A DNA stretch of 45,618 bases, from NCBI GenBank assembly GCA_900617105.1, contig UYFQ01000279.1:1-45618 (forward strand), written 5' to 3'. Every line of letters begins with the position of its first letter. Position 1 is the first letter of the stretch. Under the pieces are notes generated by a model. It was not told the DNA's origin. It did not search any database and saw nothing but the letters and a program-made list of their open reading frames with translations. Position numbers and translations under genes: made by a program. This document shows positions 13,967 to 27,100 of the stretch, one piece after another. The stretch comes from Hydrurus foetidus (Eukaryota).

Positions 13967-14448
13967 ATGCCAGCCATCACCACAGGAGTTGAGTTCGACA
14001 CTGTCGCAAGGTAGATAGATCCGCGATGAAATTATGGAGCTATTGCGGTCAACTTTTTAACTTGCTTCTGCCCTCGCAGGGAATGGAGAATGAAGTGGTC
14101 TGCGGATGAAGACAAGAAGGCACTTGTCGAAGCACAGAATGCCCTCGAGACTGTACTGCCCGCCATCAAAGCCCTCCCAGGCTTCAAATCCGTTCAGCGT
14201 GTCGTTTGCGGCGGATGCAGCGACTTCAAAGTAAGTCAGCTGATGAAATGATTTTATAAGTCGGCATCAAGCTTACGGTTCCAAACATAATCTCGCCTTT
14301 CCAGGTCATCATTTCTCTTTCCGCCGAAGAATACGGCGCTTGGGGAGAAACCGCCTTCGCCCCTGAAGCCAGCTTCATGAAAATCGTGGAATCCATTCCA
14401 GGACTGACAGGAATCGAAACCCAAACTTACACCCTCATGACCTTGTAG
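13967..14448 (+). CDS. 112-aa CxxC protein, copy 2 (A5T variant)
   Basis: Same exon structure as copy 1 shifted by 3078; ORF and splice sites intact. Confidence 0.88.
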
Positions 14449-14848
14449 AAACTAAATTTTCGTTTTAGATGGTGGATTGGTGGTACGCGTCAATGCCTGA
14501 AATCGATTTCAACTGCGAGCACCTGTATTGAAGGAAGGCGACACCCATGATTCTGCACAGTACTGACGAATCTGGATGAGTTTCCATTCTTCGACGAGTA
14601 TCATTGTGGTTGGTGATTTATTATTCGTGCTGCATCCCTGGCTGTTGATACCAGAAGTGCCTTTTAATTTTTTTTTAAATGCAGCTGTTAACATCGTCTG
14701 TAGAACTGTACCTCATCAGGAGTCCATTCGTTTAGTTGAAGACATTCGAGCTCGAGTTGCGGCTGTCCGCCAAGAGGGGCCTTTCTTCCTGATGTTATGA
14801 CAAAGCGATACAGGGTGCAAGGTGCACGAGCCAAAACGAAAACAGTAC

Positions 14849-14920
14849 TGCCTCCTACGTGAGTCGAACACGCGACCTTCCCCTTACGAAGGGGATGCTC
14901 TACCACTAAGCTAAAGAGGC
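14849..14920 (-). tRNA. tRNA-Thr(CGT), copy 2
   Basis: tRNA body identical to copy 1; flanks differ. Confidence 0.95.
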
Positions 14921-15119
14921 TGTGCGTAAAAAGACAATAAATGTGAATACATAATCTGATTGTATATTCTCTCGCTAGATAATAAATTGTGCGTTGGCCT
15001 ACTGGCTGTACAGCCTGCAGGTGCGGTATGACAGTCGAGTCGATCATCCCATTGACCACTTCAGAAATAACCCTCTTCACAATATGATCACTAAATAGTG
15101 TCTCTGAAGACCATTCAGG

Positions 15120-16459
15120 ATGGTTTTCATGAGCCATTCGATTGCTGGAACTAGAGTCCTGAAGGTAAATCGTATTGATGGACATCAAGTGCCTAGAAAC
15201 GATACTGTAGTCTAAAGCAGTACCGTCTTTTTCAATCTTCGAAGGTGCTCGTCGTTCCGATAGGCGAGAACAGTCTTTTTGATGCTCATTTCGATTTGAT
15301 AAGTCGAACAAAGCATCTCCCCAAGGAAGAACTCGGATACTCAAACTCTAGACTTGTTAAGAGCCAAGCTTTTAGGAACTTTCAGTGGGATGACGGAAAC
15401 TTCATCTTTGATTACGTCCGATATGATGTTGCGAAAGGAGGCAACGACATAGCTGACAATACAGATGTGAATGAAGACAGAGTGATCGATTTGGGAAATT
15501 TCCGGAGCCAATTTGAGCAGCTAGTTTCGAAGGCTCTACAGCAGCTGGATAATAAAATAATACAATAAATTCGAATACACTTATTGATAACTTCTCGTAT
15601 CATTGACAGAGCTCTCAAAGAGTTCTGATCGTTCTGGGTCTCATCAATCATCCTGAACTTGGGGAATCATCTGACAACATGGAAGATGAGTTAAAGTTCT
15701 TCGCAAGGTATTGCTTCAGTATTGTTCCTTATATCATCAACTTTCGCATATTGATCTCTGCTGCTAAGAATAAGAATCATTACGAAATATCAAATAATTG
15801 TATGCACACCAAATGCCCTTTCTATGTATATTTTTGAATATGATCATTGTGTATGTTGAAACTTGTCATTTCAGCTCTTTGCTTGTCTTTCTCCAATATC
15901 GCAGAACATACCACAAAATATCAATAAATTAAGATTATCTCAATTTGCATCTTGAATAAACTGTAGGAACCATCCTTTCATATCGGTGCGAAGATTAATA
16001 GTTTTTAACTACGACTACGGCTTAACAGTAAGCCCTTCTAAATCGAAAAAAGTGGAAGATTTACCGATATTGCGTCCCTTGGGGGATGATCCTGATTCAT
16101 TAATTATTTGTCCCTCAGAAAGTGATCATATTCCAACAGTAAAAAACGATCAAAATGGAAATAAAATAAATGGATTATCCGCGTCAATATCTGCAGTGGA
16201 AGGAAAATTAAAAATAATGATGACAGGAATTGCGTTAAAAATATTTGAATCACTTCAAAAAGAAATGACGAATTGTGAGGAATGCAGAGTATTAGGAACG
16301 TTCCCTCAATGGCTCCTGACAGCCACTAGGAAACCCAGAACAAATCCTTCCGATGAGGTCATTACGAACACCACAAATTATTCTTTGGCTCTCCAAGCTT
16401 GTTCACCTGTAGATACGTTTGGACATCATACTATAGCCGATTTTTACTCAATTGAATGA
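15120..16459 (+). pseudogene. TRAPPC9: 3'-truncated TRAPPC9/TRS120 duplicate, copy 2
   Basis: Same truncation and 54-nt deletion as copy 1. Confidence 0.85.
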
Positions 16460-17033
16460 TCGATTTTCTATAGGATATCTTAGGAAATTAAGAGTCAGAT
16501 GTTCTACAATCAGCGATTGCAGAAATTGAAAATAAGTCCACATTCGTTTGAATATTCGTTTGATGTATCTCAACAAAGCCATGAAGTGATAAAGAGCGTT
16601 CTAATTTGTTGCAATTCTTAAAACACTTTTTCTCAGGACATGCACACAGCTGTATAATCTCTTTTGATTAGAAATCCTGAGAATGTAAAAACAAATCTTT
16701 TCAATCAATCACAGTTGGACTGCTCGTGATCTTCAGTTGTGCAAGTTGACTTGTGCTGTTCTTGTGTTTTTCAGTCTTGCTCTCGCTGTCATGACAGTCG
16801 GGTGGGTGGGCTTGAACATTTATGGAATCACAGCAGAGGGATCGTCCCCATAGGGGGTAGAAATGCTGCAGACATAGCGTAAGTACAGCACAGCACAGTA
16901 CAATGAAACACTACCTACACAATTCAAAACGGAAGTGTAGTGTGAAATGTGAAATTCAGACTTGAAATGCAACCTCACATCACAGATCGATCACAGATGT
17001 CGCCACAACTGAACTTCTTATCCACCATCAAAA

Positions 17034-17515
17034 ATGCCAGCCATCGCCACAGGAGTTGAGTTCGACACTGTCGCAAGGTAGAGAGATCCGCGATGAAATT
17101 ATGGAGCTATTGCGGTCAACCTTTTAACTTGCTTCTGCCCTCGCAGGGAATGGAGAATGAAGTGGTCTGCGGATGAAGACAAGAAGGCACTTGTCGAAGC
17201 ACAGAATGCCCTCGAGACTGTACTGCCCGCTATCAAAGCCCTCCCAGGCTTCAAATCCGTTCAGCGTGTCGTTTGCGGCGGATGCAGCGACTTCAAAGTA
17301 AGTCAGCTGACGAAATGATTTTATAAGTCGGCATCAAGCTTACGGTTCCAAACATAATCTCGCCTTTCCAGGTCATCATTTCTCTTTCCGCCGAAGAATA
17401 CGGCGCTTGGGGAGAAACCGCCTTCGCCCCTGAAGCCAGCTTCATGAAAATCGTGGAATCCATTCCAGGACTGACAGGAATCGAAACCCAAACTTACACC
17501 CTCATGACCTTGTAG
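17034..17515 (+). CDS. 112-aa CxxC protein, copy 3
   Basis: Same exon structure and span (482 nt) as copy 1; intact. Confidence 0.88.
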
Positions 17516-17913
17516 AAACTAAATTTTCGTTTTAGATGGTGGATTGGTGGTACGCGTCAATGCCTGAAATCGATTTCAACTGCGAGCACCTATATTGAAG
17601 GAAGGCGACACCCATGATTCTGCACAGTACTGACGAATCTGGATGAGTTTCTATTCTTCGACGAGTATCATTGTGTTGGGTGATTTATTATTCGTGCTGC
17701 ATCCCTGGCTGTTGATACCAGAAGTGCCATTTAATTTTTTTAAATGCAGCTGTTAACATCGTCTGTAGAACTGTACCTCATTAGGAGTCCATTCGTTTAG
17801 TTGAAGACATTCGAGCTCGAGTCGCGACTGTCCGCCAAGAGGGGCCTTCTTCCTGATGTTATGACAAAGCGATACAGGGTGCAGGGTGCACGAGCCAAAA
17901 CGAGAAAAGAGGT

Positions 17914-17985
17914 TGCCTCCTACGTGAGTCGAACACGCGACCTTCCCCTTACGAAGGGGATGCTCTACCACTAAGCTAAAGAGGC
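17914..17985 (-). tRNA. tRNA-Thr(CGT), copy 3
   Basis: tRNA body identical to copy 1. Confidence 0.95.
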
Positions 17986-18184
17986 TGTGCACAACAAGAC
18001 AAAAAATATGAATACATAATCTAATTGTATATTCTCTCGCTAGATAATAAATTGTGCTTTGGCCTACTGGCTGTACAGCCTGCAGGTGCGGTATGACAGT
18101 CGAGTCGATCATCCCATTGACCACTTCAGAAATAACCCTCTTCACAATATGATCACTAAATAGTGTCTCTGAAGACCACTCAGG

Positions 18185-21100
18185 ATGGTTTTCATGAGCC
18201 ATTCGATTGCTGGAACTAGAGTCCTGAAGGTAAATCGTATTGATGGACATCAAGTGCCTAGAAACGATACTGTAGTCTAAAGCAGTACCGTCTTTTTCAA
18301 TCTTCGAAGGTGCTCGTCGTTCCGATAGGCGAGAACAGTCTTTTTGATGCTCATTTCGATTTGATAAGTCGAACAAAGCATCTCCCCAAGGAAGAACTCG
18401 GATACTCAAACTCTAGACTTGTTAAGAGCCAAGCTTTTAGGAACTTTCAGTGGGATGAAGGAAGCTTCATCTTTGATTACGTCCGATATGATGTTGCGAA
18501 AGGAGGCAACGACATAGCTGACTATATTGATGTGAGTAATAACAGAATGATCGATTTGGGAAATTTCCGGAAACAAAATTCGAATACACTTATTGATAAC
18601 TTCTCGTATCATTGACAGAGCTCTCAAAGAGTTCTGATCGTTCTGGGTCTCATCAATCATCCTGAACTTGGGGAATCATCTGACAACATGGAAGATGAGT
18701 TAAAGTTCTTCGCAAGGTATTGCTTCAGTATTGTTCCTTATATCATCAACTTTCGCATATTGATCTCTGCTGCTAAGAATAAGAATCATTACGAAATATC
18801 AAATAATTGTATGCACACCAAATGCCCTTTCTATGTATATTTTTGAATATGATCATTGTGTATGTTGAAACTTGTCATTTCAGCTCTTTGCTTGTCTTTC
18901 TCCAATATCGCAGAACATACCACAAAATATCAATAAATTAAGATTATCTTAAATGGTTACTGCAATTTGCATCTTGAATAAACTGTAGGAACCATCCTTT
19001 CATATCGGTGCGAAGATTAATAGTTTTTAACTACGACTACGGCTTAACAGTAAGCCCTTCTAAATCGAAAAAAGTGGAAGATTTACCGATATTGCGTCCC
19101 TTGGGGGATGATCCTGATTCATTAATTATTTGTCCCTCAGAAAGTGATCATATTCCAACAGTAAAAAACGATCAAAATGGAAATAAAATAAATGGATTAT
19201 CCGCGTCAATATCTGCAGTGGAAGGAAAATTAAAAATAATGATGACAGGAATTGCGTTAAAAATATTTGAGTCACTTCAAAAAGAAATGACGAATTGTGA
19301 GGAATGCAGAGTATTAGGAACGTTCCCTCAATGGCTCTTAACAGCCACTAGGAAACCCAGAACAAATCCTACCGATGAGGTCATTACGAACACCACAAAT
19401 TATTCTTTGGCTCTTGCCAAAAAGTCTCAAAGCGGAAGATTGCGCAAATTTATGGGAGACTTATCCCTCCAGGCTTGTTCACCTGTAGATGCGATAGGAC
19501 ATTATGCTATAGCCGTTACTGATTTGAGACAGACTTTAGATATGTTGTGGCTTGCCGGTGCTTTGGAAGGGTTTTCAGCAGCTATTCTAACGTTGATCAG
19601 CCACAGCCCTCCGCTAGGTAATACCATTTCTCTTCCTAGTAATTGCTTTCTCACTTTATATGCTTCTTCATTTGTGTTTTTATAATTATGCTTTTGTCTT
19701 TCTTATCGTCAGTAAGCAATGTTGTTGTGCTTTATGTACCCTCTTACACTGTCGTCTTTCTTTCTTTAAATATTTACGATGTCGTGCTGTAAAATTATAA
19801 TATCGTTGAGTTTATCAAACAGTTATATTTTCTATTTGTTAAATATTAACATTTTTGTATTTGTCGAGTGTTTCTGATTTGTCTATATTTTATAGCTACA
19901 GCACTTTTGAAGGTTATACGCATCATGCGATCTTATTCATTTTGGCCAAAAAGATCACGCATCATGCACCTCATTACACCACTCACTTTATTTACAATTT
20001 TCGGATTTCATTATGTTTTTCCCCAGGCGTATATGAAGAGTTGTTCGGAAATGAATTAAAGTCATTTAAAACCATTCCAGTCGCTCCAAAAAACTCGTAC
20101 CGTATAACTTTAAATCTCACTTCACAGTCAACAAAAGCTGACGACAGCGCTGACACGTCAGAACATCAACATGAAGACAGTATAGAGTGTAACACCACAA
20201 AAATTGCTCTTGACAAAAGTATGGAAGCATTATCAATATATGCAAATAACATTCTTTATTCTTTCAAAGAGGCGACTTGTGCTCTGCGGTTAGCAAGAAT
20301 GTTAGATGAGCTCGGACCGACAACACCCACCACTATATTTGAAAGGCACACGAAGGTTTGTACACTTTTCGTTTCTTTTACTTATTTTCGATTTGTCTTG
20401 TGCATTTTTTTTGTTGCATCTTGCATTTGTTCGATGTTTCTAATTTGTTGGTCCATTCCGTAGATTGCTTTCATGACACATTATGTCTTTGATCCTTACT
20501 TTTATGACTCATGCAATATACCTTGGTCTGCTTGCATCTTGCCGTATTATCATTTAGCGTTTTGCATCACTGATTGCTGTAAATACTGTACGTTACAGAT
20601 CAGCACGTACGTACTACGAGCCGTGTCCGTCCCGGGCCTTACCCCCTCCCAACGGGTGGAAGTAACAGCACAAGGGGCGATGGTATTCAAGAGAGCAGGA
20701 TTGAGTCGGAAATACGGTTTGTTACTGTATATGGCGGGACTGATGAGTGCTGAGAGCTGCAATGTGCAGGTGGGTAGTTTATGTGTGTGTTTTTGAATAT
20801 GTGATTATTTTTACGTGAAGTGCTTTTTATGTTGGAGTCATGACATCGTGCAGTATGAATTTAACATGAATAATTGGATAATGGTACTGTGGGAGACCGG
20901 TCTATGATAATGTTATTTTATCCGCCATTCTTTCCATCTGTACTGTGATAGTTATTTTTAGGACAACTATTCTGCTTTGAAGTTCAAATGATCGCATCGC
21001 ACCACCATTCTTCGATTCTTCACTCAATCCCATCTCTCACCCTCACATCATCCCCTCCCATCCCATCCCCTCCCCTCAATCCCCTCTCTCACCCTCACAC

Positions 21101-24100
21101 CCTCCCCTCCCCTCCCTCCTCCTCATCCCTCTCACCCTCCACCATCCATCCATCCTCCCTCCCCCTCCATCTCATCCCCTCCATCCCTCTCCCTCTCCAT
21201 CCCTCCATCCCTCCATCTCTCCACCATCCCTCCCTCCACCATCCCCTCCCTCCATCCTCTCACCCTCCCCTCCCCTCCCTCCCCATCTCTCATCCCTCAC
21301 CCCACCATCCCCTACCCATAATTTTCTATGCTAGACTGGGTTGATACTGATGCAGAAATCGTATGCACAATATGGTATCATAATGCGTACGAATGATACT
21401 GTACGAGAGGTGTCAGAAAGTACGAAAAAAACTATTAAAAACGGTATTTCGAAAGATTTGAATGAAATTGACTTCTACGAAATCCAATCTACAATAGATT
21501 CAAAAACGAAAGTCAAAGAAGATACCAATGAAGAAGATAGTGTGAGTTATGGATATACAGCTTGGACAAAAATGCGATTGCAATTGCTAGCACATGGCAC
21601 ACACATTGCGCGGGAAGGTTGCGATTTTACAGTTGCATCCGGCTATCTTTGCGCTATGATACGGCTAATGGCTGACATTGAAAAGAAACAGCAACAGCAA
21701 TTAACTGCATGGGCTGAGTCAACAAGAAACGTACATTGTAGAGAAGAAGAAAGGGAAAGGGAAGGAGGAAGAGAAATGGGTGATAGTATGTCATATCGTA
21801 TCACAGATACACTTCATAAATCATCCAGCAATCTTGATTTATTGTCAGATATACAGGAGGATAGTGGAAGAAGTGGGAAAGAACATTCTAGATCGATTGG
21901 ACTTCTTTTACTGTCTCCAGAGGGCCGTAGACTGATCTCCACAGAACTCATGAATCATCGATTAATGCTCTACCAAAATGATCGAATGAATACTGGTGCT
22001 CCGATTTTGTCAGCGAGTAATATAAGCCGAATTGTTGGAACTAGAGATCACGAAAATGTCGAATCTAAGGGTTCAGGGTTCGATGATTCAAATCGAAAAT
22101 TTGGGAGACCAACAAGTACGAGTTCGATATCTGGTGGACCTGGAAATTTTTCTGGAATTTCGGGGTCAGGTACTGGGACAGGAGGAACAGGCTTGAGGGG
22201 GAGCGGTTCTGCGGGTGCCAGTCTATCAGGCATTGATGCAGAGGGATTTAGAATAAACCAAAAAATCCCTGTAAGAAGAGGTAAATCGGATGGGTCGCGG
22301 TCAGGGTCCATTTCTGGGACCGGGTCGGGCCGATCATCTTTCGTACCCCAAAGTGCACACGTAACGTACAGGAATAGTACATCTACTCAGAAAGGAGAGA
22401 AAAAAACAGAGAGATATCAGAGTAGCTTGATAGATTTGATGGACGGTAACAGGAGGAAGAGTGTCGGTAGTAGCGCTACGTCGACAGTAGGACGCAGTAG
22501 AGGTCTGAACACCTCTGTAACTGGATCCGTCTCTTCCTCTTCTTGTTACACTGTATTCTCCCTCCCGAGTATATTAGGTATTAGTAATGCAACCGAAAAA
22601 AGACGGAAAAAAATGCAACAAAATAAAAAAACAAAACCTCACTCTGCAGCTGGTAGACTGATTAATGCCCAACTACAAAACTACCACACAATATCGAATA
22701 CAGCTTCCGATGCAGCATCTTTTCTATCCGTTATGCTGATACCAGAAAATCAATCATCCACCTCTTTATCTGCCTCCTCATCTTTATCTACACAGTCCCA
22801 CACACTGACACATTCTCACGGCATGAATAAAAATTCAATCAGCATGAATCCTGCAGGCATGTTGAAAGCCGGACTAAATCTCTCTCAAATATCAGCAAAT
22901 CGACTGAAACTTCCATCATCTTCTAGAATAAGTTCCATGGTTCTCAACAGCTCCACACCAGGAAAACCACCACCAACTCCTCCATCCATCCCAACAACGC
23001 CTATACCAACACCTACGCCACCACCCGTACCCCAGGGCAATAAATACACCCCCTCAATATCCGAAACACGCACAGACTCGATACAAACATCCCTATCCCA
23101 AAAAAGTCTAAAAGATGATTTTACCCTTGTTATGGATGGGGACGATTTTCCAAACCCTGGGGTCGGGGTCGGGTTACCCCCGGTTACCCCCCTAACGCGG
23201 ACCCTGGACTCTTTGTCTCGAATGTTGTTTGAAGGGGGTGTTTCTTCGGATAAGCAAGATCAAGGGGTGGAGCTGTTGGAGCAACTGAGCAGAGAGGTTC
23301 GCCTATTATATTCCATTGTATGAAGTTGAGTACTATTATATTCCATTGTATGAAGTTGAGTACTATTATATTCCATTGTATGAAGTTGAGTACTATTGAA
23401 TTGAATTGAATTGAACTGAATTGAATTGAACTGAATTGAATTGAACTAAACTTATATAAGTATTTATTTTTTGATTTAAAAATAAGTTCAGGTAAGGACA
23501 GTGTAGAGTGATAAAGTTTGGAGACATTTGTAGAACTCTCTCGCCTACTCAATCACTCCCTCCCTCTACTTTCTCTCTCACCCGTTTCTCTACTCCCTTC
23601 ATCAGGTTCCCCCCGACACTGCAGTGTACCTCCCCTTCATCGCATCCTCCGTCCGACCCCTCAGCCTAGAAGGTAAAAATGAGACAAAAATAATTTAAAA
23701 CGATTAAATAAACAAAGAAAAGTTAATAAAAGATAGCAAAACAATTTCATTTGACAGAATGTCATGCAGTTTGGTACGATCGCATGTTAAACAGTACTTC
23801 TCAATACAATACAAAATGGAATAGACTAGAACAAGTGATGCTCATAGATAGCAATGAAAAAACAACTTCCCATTTGTTTCCATGAATTTCTTCGAGTGGG
23901 TAACATATTCTCAACACTTACTTATTTACTTGCGTGCTGAGTTATTTGCTTACTTGCTGATTAATATCTTCAAATAATATCGGGGACTGGAGGACTCGGG
24001 ACAAGCTTGTGAATTGCTTACATTGCACTTATTTCCCCTTAAATCATACAGCATTAATTTTTACTTTCTGATAATAGGTCCGGAAGCGCCCAGAAAAGGT

Positions 24101-27100
24101 TCAGCTGATGAACAAAAAAGATGGGATATGTACAGAATAACAAGAGAAAAAGAAAGAAAAGAGAAAGAAATGCTTGAAAATAAGAATAATAAGAATAGTA
24201 AAAACGATAATAAAAGTGATAAACCAATAAATCAAAATGAAATAAACAAACAAAATGTATCCTCCACAAATAATGATCTGGAATCTGACCCCCAGTCCAC
24301 GGATAAGAAGTCCTCAGCGCTGTTCTATGACCCCTTTCATGCACGCAGAGCGAGGGACATGGACAGTGTATCGCGCGTTTCTGTGCTGTGGTCGTTAGGC
24401 GCTACGTGTACCGCTGTTGCGGTGTTTTCCAACCCTCTAGGATCGCCTTTGTATCTCACTGCCGTTACACTTTTGGCAGAAGGTGAAATATTGTTTCCTT
24501 CCATACAGTTGTGATGTTATCGTTGTACGATGATGTATAGTATAACATTATCACGTAATTCGTCTGAGTATGTTGTGCTCTGCTACATCGACATATTTAT
24601 ACTGTACTTCTTTTTTTTCCCATATTTTGTACTTTATTATTATTCACTTCCAGTACTACACTCATTTCTCTTCGCGCGACCAATTGACAAGTGTCTGAAT
24701 TATTTTTACCTGATAAAATCGATAAAAAATATTCAGTAAGCCTTCTAGAAACAATATTTGAATATTACACAAATATCACACAAATATCACACATATATAA
24801 TAAACATGATCTAAATATTATATTTGAAGGTGTGGAATTCGTAGCTACCCCCCGGTCTGTAGTTTTGTCCCCCCGTTCGGAAGGGATAATTGTCGAGCTA
24901 ACAATCACACCGTTGACTGAAGGAGTCTTGAAGGTGCGTGAAGTGTCACTGATTTTGTGGATGTCTATTATTCTGCTACTTTTGCTATATTTTGTACTTG
25001 TGGTTGGTTGTTGTGACGATATTGTACGCTTGACTTCGTATCGAAGATCTCTCATCCTTACCCACTCTGTCTCTCTCACAATGAGAATACACTATACACC
25101 ACTTCACCACATACGAAATCCCACAACGTGCCATACCTCTCTCATTCTCCCTCTCACACACGCTCCCAACCTCACCCATCCGTCCTCACCTAAACACCCC
25201 TCCCCTCCCCTCCCCTCCCCTTCAGACACACTTTAACTTGTACCAACGCCACACCATCACAATTGCCTCGATGATATTGGTACCCTGACTCTCATCAGCC
25301 CCTCTTATTCTCCCGTAACACACGCACACATAAACATACTCACTTGCATCACTCAACGCACACATATACACACACTGACACACCCCATCCCTCCCCTCCC
25401 CCCATATCACCCTCACAGATAATCGGTATGGAGCTCTGTATGCACAATGCGGTGCACCGTCTTTACACGGATCCCTCAGGGGGAATCAAGAGGAACCCAG
25501 AACTCGCAATTCCAAAAGAATATCCGTATAAGCAAAAAGGAAAGATAGTGAAAGATGGTGGTGAAAAAGGTTCTACAAGGTGAGAGAATACTTATACACA
25601 TGTTATAATGTTGTAGACTGTTTCTCACAGCACTTATACGTATCAATAAATGATGACCTATCACTCCAACTTCACTCTTTCGTACACCAATTATTCTGTA
25701 CAGTATACCGTCAACTTTCAACGCCTTAACCGGAGTAGAAACCACCCTTATTACGGTAGCCCCGGCTGCACCCTGCTTGGACCTCTTACCCGGTTGGGAA
25801 TCGCAACATCTAGAATCTGGGTTCTCGGTCCACAACCAAATAATTATACCGGAATGGGAAGAAAATAATTATACCGGAAACTCTGACCGTATAGTTTCGT
25901 TGTGTTTGAGACCAGGGGAAAATAGAATGGAGAATATTCATGCGGTGTTACAACCTTTGTTGGCCGGTGTGTGGGGTAATGGACAAAAAACGAGTTCATC
26001 TGATATTGATGAGGGGAGAAATAAGATAGAAAAAGATAAATATGACGATAAGAATGATGATAAGAATAACGATGGAAGTGAGAGTGAGAGTGAAGGTGTC
26101 AATGGTAGTTGGAACGATGTAGGGGAATATTCTTTAGACAACGAGGAATGTTCCATTGCAGAAGACATGCGCATCACAGTACACAGTTGGTCGAGACCTC
26201 TCCCAACTTCAACTTCAACATCAAGTCCACGTGCAACAACAAACCTGACGAATCAAACAAATACTAAATCAGATGAACTCAACGCTGAATATTTTGAAGA
26301 ATTGAGGGGCAGGAATCAAAGTCCAAGGTCCGGTTTTTCTCCCTTCGTTTTGACAAAAAATTCTTCTTTATTGAGAGATTTTTTGGGACCTCTAAAACCG
26401 GATGAGAAAAAGCAAAGATTAAATCCGTATCCTCCGTGTGAAATGACATGTAAATTACTCACAGAAGAAATAAGTGTGAAAAACTGTACAAAAAAAATGC
26501 CAAAAAATGGAATTTCAAAACACGGAAATATTAGGGATTATTCGTATACGAATACAAATAGTGTAAATTCACTTCCTCCTTCACTATCTTTGCCGCTTAC
26601 TTTCAATTTTCAATATAATCCTACTGTTGTGGCTTATCGTTTAGATGTAGAGACACTGGCTAGAAATTCTACCCATACAAATGATAAAAATGATAAAAAT
26701 AAAAATAAAAATACCAGTGACGTACACTCTCAACTTTATTTGAGAAGGTGAGTTCTTGCATATTGGTTGTGTGTTGTTTGTTTCCTATCGCATTTTTTTT
26801 GTATATTTTCTACTTTTAGAATAGATATGACACCTATCACGTTATCTAACTTCACTTCACATCACACACAGTAATTGCCCACACGGAGTACTTACCCTCT
26901 CACACTATCTCACCGCTCACAACTCTACCCCTAAGTGCGCTACCTCCCCTCTCACTGTCCCTTACAAACTCTAACATCCAACACAAAATTAACGCACACA
27001 ATATTGCTCTTGACTTTACCGCACAGGTCGTCTCTGTACGTGCGTGTACATCTCGCCCCTTCAGTCGATCTCCTCTCCATTTCGTATCTAAACATTCCAA

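Larger units (their letters stand above)
10281..19516 (+). repeat. Tandem segmental triplication; units ~10281-13373, ~13374-16440, ~16441-19516
   Basis: Three near-identical copies of the same sequence. Homologous ATGs at 10889, 13967 and 17034 (offsets 3078 and 3067). The ORF track repeats three times. Confidence 0.97.

Noticed and set aside
20988..21344. Pro/Ser/His-rich ORF (also 8062-8535)
   Set aside because: Translation of intronic pyrimidine tracts.
23303..23392. 30-bp repeats as a CRISPR array
   Set aside because: Head-to-tail with no spacers, in a eukaryotic intron.
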